IMG/VR virus record: IMGVR_UViG_3300028394_002328
Coordinates: 124,001-188,000 of that record
DNA length: 64,000 nt
Strand: one strand, 5' to 3'
Shown: positions 46,661 to 55,700 of the stretch, piece after piece
Layout: each line of letters opens with the position of its first letter
Position numbering within the stretch: the stretch's first letter is position 1
Notes under the pieces: model-generated
Seen by the model: the letters and a program-made list of their open reading frames with translations, nothing else
Databases searched by the model: none
Told to the model about the DNA's origin: nothing
Position numbers and translations under genes: made by a program

Positions 46661-48871
46661 ATGGCAATACTTCAAATAGACCCTAGTTCAATAAATTCTA
46701 GTTCATCATATTCTTTTGCGAATGTGACGGCTAATACATTCACTGCCACTGAAAATTTACAAATTCCTAATGGTAATACGGCACAACGACCTAATAGTCC
46801 AGCATATGGATTAATGAGATATAATACAGAAACTGGTCTTGCTGAAATATATACTAGCAGTGGGTGGGGAGTATTTGGATCACAACCACCTACAATAAGC
46901 ACAGTATCACCAGGTACTTTTAATGGAGAAATAGGTACATCTTTTACTATTAATGGAGCTAATTTTACTAATGACGCTACTGTTAAATTTGTTGATGTAA
47001 ATAACACAGAATACAGTGCAGCGATTGTTACTTTTGTTAACTCTAGTCAATTACTTGCTACTACACCGCAAGACTTTACAGTAGCACAGGGACCACTTGA
47101 TGTTAAAGTAGTTCAACTAAGTGGAACGGTTACTAAATTAAATTGTATTGATACTGGTAGTAGTCCTGGTTGGTATACTCCCGCAGGACAAATTGGTGGT
47201 ACAATTTATAGAAACGGAATAGTTAGTATAACGGTTGTTGCTACTGACCCTGACCCAAGTGCTACTATCACTTATAGTGTGCTTTCAGGCGCACTTCCAA
47301 GCGGATTATCATTGGATTCTAGTACCGGTGTTATCTCTGGTACTGCTCCCGATATTGGTAGTGATACTACATACAACTTCACACTAAGAGCCACAGACAA
47401 CGCAGGTAATACATCTGACCGCGCATTTAGTATAATAATATTACAGGGAGCACCTGGTGCACCTACTGTAGGTACTGCAACAAGATCGGCAAGTCAATCA
47501 GTTCAAGTGACATTTACTGCACCTGCAAATGTTGGTGGTAGTGCAATTACCAGTTACACAGTTACAAGTAGCCCAGGCAGCCTTACAGGGACAGGTGCAA
47601 CAAGTCCTATAACTGTAACTGGTTTGACAAATGGCACAGCATACACATTTACTGTAACCGCTACAAACAGTTATGGCACTAGTGTGGCTAGTAGCGCAAG
47701 TAACTCCGCTACACCGTATACAGTACCTGGTGCACCTACTATTGGTAGTGCTACTTCTACTGGTACTACCACTGCTACAGTTGCTTTCACTGCACCTGCA
47801 AGCAACGGTGGAAGCACTATAACAAGTTACACAGCGGTAAGTAGTCCTGGTAGTATAACCGGTACACTAAGTCAAGCAGGTTCGGGTACTATTACAGTTA
47901 GTGGATTAACCCCAGGTACAAGTTATACATTTACTGTATATGCAACTAATGCAGGTGGTAATAGTTCTAATAGTAGTGCAAGTAATAGCATAACAACAAC
48001 TCAAGTAGCCCCAACATCTGTTGAATATCTTGTTGTTGCTGGTGGAGGTGGAGGTGGGTCAAGATTTGGTGGCGGTGGTGGAGCTGGTGGTATGTTGACT
48101 TCTACTTTATCAGTTTCTGCGAGCACTGGTTATACAGTTACAGTCGGTGGTGGAGGTTCAGGTGGAGCAGGCAGTGGTGGACCTAATACTAATGGAGCAA
48201 CTAACGGCGGTCCAGGTAATAATTCAGTATTTGCATCTATAACCACAATTGGTGGTGGATACGGTGCAGCAGGTGATACTGGAAACGGTGGATCTGGTGG
48301 ATCTGGAGGTGGTGGAGCTGGACGATTTAACAGCAGTGGTGGTAGCGGTACAGGTGGGCAAGGAAATGCCGGTGCTTCTACACTTGGACAAGATGGCGGA
48401 TCAGCATCATTTAATGGTGGTGGTGGTGGTGGAGCAGGAGCAGCAGGACCTTATAATTCATTTGGTGTTGGTGGAAATGGTTCAGCTAGTTCTATTACAG
48501 GATCATCAGTAACATACGCAGGTGGTGGCGGTGGCGGCGGAACAGGAGATGGCGGCGGTCCAGGTGGCGTGAGAAACGGTGGTGCCGGAGGGTCTGGCGG
48601 TGGCGGTGCGGGTGGACCATATTCTGGTGGATCCGCTACAGGTGGTACTAATAACTTGGGTGGAGGAGGCGGAGGTGGAGCCTACAACGCTACATTTAGT
48701 GGTGATAACCAACCCGGTGCTTCTGGTGGATCTGGTGTAGTTATCATTGCTTATCCAAACACATTTTTACCATTGTCATCAATTAGCGGTGGACTCAGTT
48801 ACGATCAACCTACTAGATCAGGTTATAGAGTATATCGCTTTACTGGCGGTACAGGCACTATCTCTTGGTAA
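46661..48871 (+). CDS. Adhesin 5: anchor, IPT, He_PIG, 2x FN3, glycine-rich tip
   Basis: Same architecture as 48887; ends GYRVYRFTGGTGTISW. Confidence 0.8.
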   Translation: MAILQIDPSSINSSSSYSFANVTANTFTATENLQIPNGNTAQRPNSPAYGLMRYNTETGLAEIYTSSGWGVFGSQPPTISTVSPGTFNGEIGTSFTINGANFTNDATVKFVDVNNTEYSAAIVTFVNSSQLLATTPQDFTVAQGPLDVKVVQLSGTVTKLNCIDTGSSPGWYTPAGQIGGTIYRNGIVSITVVATDPDPSATITYSVLSGALPSGLSLDSSTGVISGTAPDIGSDTTYNFTLRATDNAGNTSDRAFSIIILQGAPGAPTVGTATRSASQSVQVTFTAPANVGGSAITSYTVTSSPGSLTGTGATSPITVTGLTNGTAYTFTVTATNSYGTSVASSASNSATPYTVPGAPTIGSATSTGTTTATVAFTAPASNGGSTITSYTAVSSPGSITGTLSQAGSGTITVSGLTPGTSYTFTVYATNAGGNSSNSSASNSITTTQVAPTSVEYLVVAGGGGGGSRFGGGGGAGGMLTSTLSVSASTGYTVTVGGGGSGGAGSGGPNTNGATNGGPGNNSVFASITTIGGGYGAAGDTGNGGSGGSGGGGAGRFNSSGGSGTGGQGNAGASTLGQDGGSASFNGGGGGGAGAAGPYNSFGVGGNGSASSITGSSVTYAGGGGGGGTGDGGGPGGVRNGGAGGSGGGGAGGPYSGGSATGGTNNLGGGGGGGAYNATFSGDNQPGASGGSGVVIIAYPNTFLPLSSISGGLSYDQPTRSGYRVYRFTGGTGTISW

Positions 48872-48875
48872 TCAA

Positions 48876-48881
48876 TAAATA
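48876..48881 (+). promoter_or_regulatory. Late promoter core, 5 nt before ATG
   Basis: CAATAAATATAATTATG. Confidence 0.7.
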
Positions 48882-48886
48882 TAATT

Positions 48887-51031
48887 ATGTCATTACTTAG
48901 AATTGAACCAGCCGCGGTAAATGCCAATTCATCATTCTCTTTTGCAGGAGTAAATGCTACAGGCAATTTACAGTTACCTACTGGAAATACTGCTCAACGG
49001 CCAGGAAGTCCAATAGCCGGGACAATTAGATATAATTCACAAACAGGTTTCGCGGAAATATATACTAGCAGTGGATGGGCAACATTTGGTGCTCCTCCTC
49101 CAACTATCAGTACCGTATCACCTGGTACTTATAATGGAGAAACAGGTACTGAATTTACTGTAAATGGGGCTAATTTTACTAATGACGCTGTAGTTAAATT
49201 TGTTGATGTAAACAATACAGAATATAGCGCTACTGTAGTTACATTTGTAAATTCAAGTCAATTAATAGCCACTACACCTCAAGATTTTACCGTAGCACAA
49301 GGACCACTTGATGTTAAAGTAACACAATTAAGTGGAACAGTTACTAAACTAGCCTGTATAGATACTGGTGGTAGTCCCAGTTGGGTTACTACTGCTGGTC
49401 AAATAGGCGGTACAATTTATAGAAATGGCTCAGTTAGTGTAACTGTCTCAGCTACCGATCCTGATGCAAGTGCTACGATTACTTACAGTGTGCTTTCAGG
49501 TGCATTGCCAAGTGGATTAAGTTTGAATTCAAGTACAGGTGCTATTACTGGTACTGCACCTGATGTAGGTAGTGATACTACTTACAATTTTACATTGCGA
49601 GCAACTGACAATGCAGGTAATACATCTGACCGTGCGTTTAGTATGGTAATATTACAAGGTGCTCCAGGTGCACCTGTTATCGGTACAGCAACAAGATCAG
49701 CCAGCCAATCAGTTCAAGTTACATTTACCGCACCTGCAAATGTTGGCGGTAGTAGTATTACTAGTTACACTGCTACCAGTAGTCCAGGTAGTATTACAGG
49801 CACCGGTGCAAGCAGTCCAGTTACTGTAACTGGGTTGACAAATGGAACTGCATATACATTTACTGTTACTGCTACTAATAGTTATGGTACTGGTACTGCC
49901 AGTGGTGCTAGTAATTCTGCTACTCCATATGGTGTACCTGGTGCACCTACTATTGGTACTGCTACTTCTACTGGTACTACAACTGCTACTGTATCATTTA
50001 CCGCACCTGCAAGCAACGGCGGTAGTACAATAACCAGTTACACTGCGGTTAGTAGCCCTGGCAATGTCACTGGCACATTAAGTCAAGCAGGATCAGGTAC
50101 TATTACAGTAAGTGGATTAAGCGCAGGTACAAGTTACACATTTACAGTATATGCTACAAATGCCGCAGGTAATAGCGCTAATAGTTCAGCAAGTAATCAG
50201 ATAACAACAACTCAAGTAGCTCCAACTTCAGTTGAATACTTAGTATTAGCTGGTGGAGGTGGCGGCAGAGATTGTGGTACAGCAATTGGATCATCTGGTG
50301 GCGGTGGTGCTGGTGGATATTATAATTCAACTATAGCAGTATCGGGAAGTACTAGTTACACTGTAACAGTTGGTGGTGGAGGTACAAGAAATAATAATGG
50401 ATCAAACAGTGAATTTGCTAGCGTACTCGCATATGGTGGCGGTACTGGAGGAACAGGTACTCACGGTGCTGGCGAAAACGGAACTTCAGGTGGATCAGGT
50501 GGTGGCGGTGGTTGGGGTGATAATTCATACGGATATGGTGGATCCAGTCTAGGTGGCGGTAATGCAGGTGGAGTGGGCGGTACACGAAGTCAACCCGGTG
50601 GTGATCCGCCGTATGGTGCAGGTGGAGGAGGAGGCGCTGGTAGTGCTGGTGGTAACTACAGTGGTGGTGCAGGTGGATCAGGCGCTTCTAGTTCTATTAC
50701 AGGATCTTCGGTTACTTACGCAGGTGGCGGCGGCGGTGGTAATGAGTTAGGAACACCTGGTAGTGGTGGATCAGGAATAGGTGGTGCAGGTGGCACAAAT
50801 GGTGGTGGATACAATGCACCCACCGCTAACACAGGTGGCGGTGGAGGAGGAGCAGGTGGATATAATGGTGGCGCCGGAGGATCCGGTTCTTCTGGGGTAG
50901 TTATCATAGCATATCCAAATACATTTTTACCATTGTCATCAATATCTGGCGGACTCAGTTATGATCAACCCAGCAGAAGTGGTTATAGAGTATATCGCTT
51001 TACTGGCGGTACAGGTCCTATTAGCTGGTAA
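48887..51031 (+). CDS. Adhesin 6: anchor, IPT, He_PIG, 2x FN3, glycine-rich tip
   Basis: Tandem paralogue of 46661; ends GYRVYRFTGGTGPISW. Confidence 0.8.
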   Translation: MSLLRIEPAAVNANSSFSFAGVNATGNLQLPTGNTAQRPGSPIAGTIRYNSQTGFAEIYTSSGWATFGAPPPTISTVSPGTYNGETGTEFTVNGANFTNDAVVKFVDVNNTEYSATVVTFVNSSQLIATTPQDFTVAQGPLDVKVTQLSGTVTKLACIDTGGSPSWVTTAGQIGGTIYRNGSVSVTVSATDPDASATITYSVLSGALPSGLSLNSSTGAITGTAPDVGSDTTYNFTLRATDNAGNTSDRAFSMVILQGAPGAPVIGTATRSASQSVQVTFTAPANVGGSSITSYTATSSPGSITGTGASSPVTVTGLTNGTAYTFTVTATNSYGTGTASGASNSATPYGVPGAPTIGTATSTGTTTATVSFTAPASNGGSTITSYTAVSSPGNVTGTLSQAGSGTITVSGLSAGTSYTFTVYATNAAGNSANSSASNQITTTQVAPTSVEYLVLAGGGGGRDCGTAIGSSGGGGAGGYYNSTIAVSGSTSYTVTVGGGGTRNNNGSNSEFASVLAYGGGTGGTGTHGAGENGTSGGSGGGGGWGDNSYGYGGSSLGGGNAGGVGGTRSQPGGDPPYGAGGGGGAGSAGGNYSGGAGGSGASSSITGSSVTYAGGGGGGNELGTPGSGGSGIGGAGGTNGGGYNAPTANTGGGGGGAGGYNGGAGGSGSSGVVIIAYPNTFLPLSSISGGLSYDQPSRSGYRVYRFTGGTGPISW

Positions 51032-51040
51032 GGACTATTA

Positions 51041-52738
51041 ATGACAACGCAAATAACAACAGACAATATACAAACTAGTTCGGTTTATAGCCTCCAAGGA
51101 CCTAGAATCACTACTATTCAAATAACCAATAGTAGTTATGTTGTATTAGATGATACTGCTGTTAGCACCTCAGGTGGATATATTAAAATTACTGGTACTG
51201 GATTTACTAGTGGTAGTCAAGTATTAGTAAACAGTGTTGCAGCAACTAGTACTACTTTTGTTAGTGCTGTAGAATTAAGGGCACAACTACCGGCTACAGC
51301 CGCTGGTACTTATATATTATATGTAGCGGATACAAATGGTGGATTGGCTAGTAAAGTAAATGGTATTACATTTAGTGGTACTCCTACTTGGGTTACAGGT
51401 AGTACATTAACTAGTGGTATTTCTGCTGTTGCTTACAGTACACAACTTTCGGCTACTAGTGATAGTGCTATAACATACGCATTACAAGCAGGTAGTACAT
51501 TACCTACAGGATTGTCATTATCTAGCAGTGGATTACTTAGTGGTACTGTGACTATTGGATCGGATACTACATATAGTTTTACTATTACTGCTACCGACGT
51601 TGAATTACAAGATAGTCCTAGAACATTTAGTTTAACAATTATTGCGGCTACGGTGCCTGGAGCACCTACAATAGGTAGTGCTACAGCAACTGGTAGTAGT
51701 ACTGCTACAGTTACATTCACCGCACCAGTGTCAAATGGAGGTAGTACAATTACTTCTTACACCGCAGTTAGCAGTCCTGGTAGTATTACTGGTACACTAA
51801 GTCAGGCTGGTTCAGGTACTATTACTGTAAGTGGTTTAACACCGAGTACAAGTTACACCTTTACTGTATATGCTACAAATTCTATAGGCAATAGTGCAAA
51901 TAGCGCAGCGAGTAATAGTATTACTACTGCTCAGGTAGCACCAACTTCAGTTGAATATCTAGTTGTTGCCGGTGGCGGTGCGGGCGGAGCGGGTGCTAGT
52001 GGAGGTGGTGGAGCGGGCGGATTATCTTATAATTCATCGTTTGCAGTTAGCGCATCAACTGGATATACAATTACAATCGGTGGTGGTGGAGCTAGTGTAT
52101 CATATCCATCACTTAGTAATCCTGGTTCTAGCTCAGTATTTGCTAGTGTAACCTCACTGGGCGGCGGTTATGGTGGAGCTGGGCTTTCAGACACAACAAG
52201 AAATGGTGGAAGCGGAGGATCGGGTGGCGGTGGAGGTGCACCAGATGGATCCGGAGGTGCAGGCACCGCCGGACAAGGCAATAATGGTGGAGCAAATCAT
52301 CCAGGTGGATCATATGCAGGTGGTGGTGGCGGCGGCGCTGGCGGTGCTGGTGCAAACGGTACACAAGATACTGGAGGACCAGGCGGCGTAGGATTGTCAT
52401 ATAGTATAATAGGCGCGGCAACTTATTATGCAGGCGGTGGTGGCGGTGCCGGCAATTCCAACAGCGGTGCAGGCGGCAGTGGCGGAGGCGGAGCGGGCGG
52501 AGGCGGAGATCCTAGTAGTGGTATTGCAGGAACTCCCAACACTGGTGGTGGTGGCGGAGGTTCAAGAGGAGGAGGACCAGTTAGTGGGCCAGGCGGCTCC
52601 GGAGTAGTCATTATAGCCTATCCAAATACATATTTACCATTATCATCAATTAGTGGTGGACTCTCTTACGACCAACCTACAAGATCAGGTTACAGAGTAT
52701 ATCGCTTTACTGGTGGTACAGGTACTATCTCTTGGTAA
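51041..52738 (+). CDS. Adhesin 7: IPT, He_PIG, FN3, glycine-rich tip
   Basis: GGYIKITGTGFTSGSQVLV (IPT), LPTGLSLSSSGLLSGT (He_PIG), FN3, Gly-rich; ends GYRVYRFTGGTGTISW. Confidence 0.8.
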   Translation: MTTQITTDNIQTSSVYSLQGPRITTIQITNSSYVVLDDTAVSTSGGYIKITGTGFTSGSQVLVNSVAATSTTFVSAVELRAQLPATAAGTYILYVADTNGGLASKVNGITFSGTPTWVTGSTLTSGISAVAYSTQLSATSDSAITYALQAGSTLPTGLSLSSSGLLSGTVTIGSDTTYSFTITATDVELQDSPRTFSLTIIAATVPGAPTIGSATATGSSTATVTFTAPVSNGGSTITSYTAVSSPGSITGTLSQAGSGTITVSGLTPSTSYTFTVYATNSIGNSANSAASNSITTAQVAPTSVEYLVVAGGGAGGAGASGGGGAGGLSYNSSFAVSASTGYTITIGGGGASVSYPSLSNPGSSSVFASVTSLGGGYGGAGLSDTTRNGGSGGSGGGGGAPDGSGGAGTAGQGNNGGANHPGGSYAGGGGGGAGGAGANGTQDTGGPGGVGLSYSIIGAATYYAGGGGGAGNSNSGAGGSGGGGAGGGGDPSSGIAGTPNTGGGGGGSRGGGPVSGPGGSGVVIIAYPNTYLPLSSISGGLSYDQPTRSGYRVYRFTGGTGTISW

Positions 52739-52739
52739 C

Positions 52740-52745
52740 TAAATA
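52740..52745 (+). promoter_or_regulatory. Late promoter core
   Basis: TAAATA 2 nt after the stop and 19 nt before the ATG at 52765. Confidence 0.55.
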
Positions 52746-52764
52746 CTATTAAGATAAAAATATT

Positions 52765-55700
52765 ATGGCAACCTTTGTATTCCCAACATCTCCTACAGTA
52801 GGACAAACCTATACTTTTAGTACTAAAACTTGGGTTTGGACAGGATATGCTTGGGTATTACAAGCGAACGGTGCAATCAATAACTTACCAATTGGCAATG
52901 CTACTCCTAGCACTGGCGTATTTACTACATTACAAGCAACTACTAGTGCTAATTTAGGCACTGTATCTAATGTTTATATAGCTGGTGGCACTAGTGGTTA
53001 CATATTAAAGACAGATGGATCAGGTAATTTAACTTGGACTGATCCTACTGGCTATAGCGGCTATTCAGGTATTAGTGGATACTCAGGTGGTACTGGTAGT
53101 AACGGATCTAGTGGATATTCAGGCACCTCAGGAATTAGTGGATATACTGGCGTAAGTGGTTACACCGGTACTTCGGGTATCAGTGGTTATACAGGTGCAA
53201 GTGGTATATCTGGATATACCGGTATATCAGGTGCTAGTGGTTATACAGGTACATCAGGTATTAGTGGATATACTGGCGTAAGTGGATACTCAGGCAGCAG
53301 TGGGTATTACGGTCAGGATGGCGCTAGTGGATATTCAGGCATGTCTGGATACACTGGTGCTTCGGGTATAAGCGGTTACACAGGTGCAAGTGGTACATCA
53401 GGCTATACTGGCGTGAGTGGATATTCAGGTACATCGGGGTACACGGGTACTTCAGGAATATCTGGATATACTGGTATATCAGGTGCCAGTGGTTATACAG
53501 GTACATCAGGTATTAGTGGATATTCAGGTGTCACAGGTAGCAATGGTACTAGCGGATATTCAGGTGTTAGTGGATACTCAGGCAGCAGTGGCTATTACGG
53601 ACAAGATGGCGCTAGTGGTTATTCAGGTATTAGTGGTTATAGTGGAATAGGCATTAGTGGATACAGTGGCGCAGCAGGCCCATCAAATACTATACTTGCT
53701 ACAAATGATACAAGCACTACTACATTATATCCTGTACTAGTTGGTGCAGCAGGTAGCAATCAAACAGCAAAAGTAAATACAGGTAACTTTGTTTTTAATG
53801 CTAGTACAAATACTTTTAGCACAGGTAATATTAATGTAAGTGGAGTCAGTAATTTAGGTCCTGTAGGTAATGTCATTATTACTGGTGGTTCTAATAACGC
53901 TATATTGTCTACTAATGGTAGTGGTAATCTATCTTGGTCTACATTAAGTTCAGTATTAGGAAATTTTAATACTATTAATTATACAGGTAATGGTGTTCAA
54001 ACAACCTTTACTGTAACTTCAGGCGATACTGCTAATGGCATATTCGTCACTCAAAACGGTTTACTTCAAGTTCCGATAACTGATTATACAGTATCAGGCT
54101 CAAATTTGGTATTTACCAGCGCCCCTGCTAATGGAGTGGCTATTAGTATTCGTGAACTTGCTGGATTAAGTGGATATTCAGGTGGCACCGGTGGTAGCGG
54201 ATCTAGTGGTTATTCGGGTATCAGTGGATATTCAGGGTCGGGTATAAGTGGTTATTCAGGTTCGGGTATTAGCGGATACTCAGGCTTAGGTATCAGTGGG
54301 TATTCAGGAGAATCAGGGTATTCAGGAGTGAGTGGATATACAGGGACTTCAGGTTATACTGGTGTAAGTGGATACTCAGGTACATCGGGCGTAAGTGGAT
54401 ACTCAGGTACATCGGGCGTAAGTGGGTATACAGGTATATCAGGTGTTAGTGGTTATTCAGGTACATCAGGCGTAAGTGGTTATTCAGGTGGTACTGGTAG
54501 CGATGGTATTAGTGGTTATTCAGGTGTAAGTGGATATTCAGGATCAGGAATCAGTGGATATTCAGGGTTAGGTATAAGTGGATACTCAGGTGCAGCAGGT
54601 ATAAGCGGTTATACAGGTGTAAGTGGTTATAGTGGACAAGGTGGCACACTAACTTCAACAGTAGATAATTTTACAGGTGATGGATCTCAAACTGCATTCA
54701 CACTGTCTACTACACCTACAAATATAAATTATACAATAGTATCTGTAGGTGGTGTATTACAACCACAAACAACATACTCAGTTACAGGATCTACATTAAC
54801 ATTTAGTTCGGCTCCAGTAAACACAGTAGTAATACAGGTTACAACTTTTGGGGGAAATGTATTTGCACCAGGTGCTGTATCAGGTTACAGCGGTTATTCA
54901 GGGTTAGGTATCAGTGGATATACTGGTGCTAGCGGATATACCGGAGTAAGTGGATACACAGGTGTCAGCGGGTATACTGGAACAAGTGGATACTCAGGTG
55001 CATCAGGTGTAAGTGGCTATTCAGGTGGAACTGGTAGTGATGGTGCTAGTGGTTATTCAGGTCTTTCGGGGTACACCGGTACTTCGGGTATCAGTGGGTA
55101 TACTGGTGTCAGTGGGTATTCAGGTCTTTCGGGCTACACCGGTACTTCGGGTGTCAGTGGGTATACTGGTGTCAGTGGTTACACAGGTACATCAGGTGTT
55201 AGTGGATATTCAGGCGAAAGTGGCTATTCAGGTGTCAGTGGATATACAGGCATAAGTGGATATACAGGCATAAGTGGATATACAGGCATAAGTGGATATT
55301 CAGGTACATCAGGTGTAAGTGGATATACAGGTATTAGTGGTTATTCAGGTACCTCGGGCGTAAGTGGGTATACAGGTACATCAGGCATAAGTGGATATTC
55401 AGGTACATCAGGTGTTAGTGGATATTCAGGCGAAAGTGGTTATACCGGCGTTAGTGGATACTCAGGTACATCAGGTGTTAGTGGATACTCAGGTACATCA
55501 GGTGTTAGTGGATACTCAGGTACATCAGGTATCAGTGGTTACACAGGAACAAGTGGATACTCAGGTACATCGGGCGTAAGTGGTTATACTGGAACAAGTG
55601 GTACATCAGGTGTAAGTGGTTATACTGGAGTAAGTGGATATTCAGGTACATCAGGTATAAGTGGCTATACTGGAGTAAGTGGTTATACAGGTGCATCAGG

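Noticed and set aside
38606-52611. Pro-rich antisense and Val-rich off-frame ORFs across the glycine-rich genes
   Set aside because: GGN codon runs read as CCN on the reverse strand; no independent coding signal.
37450-52738. Diversity-generating retroelement or shufflon acting on the adhesin tips
   Set aside because: No reverse transcriptase, no template/variable repeat pair differing only at adenines, no invertase and no inverted crossover sites; all paralogues are co-oriented full genes. A system elsewhere in the genome cannot be excluded.
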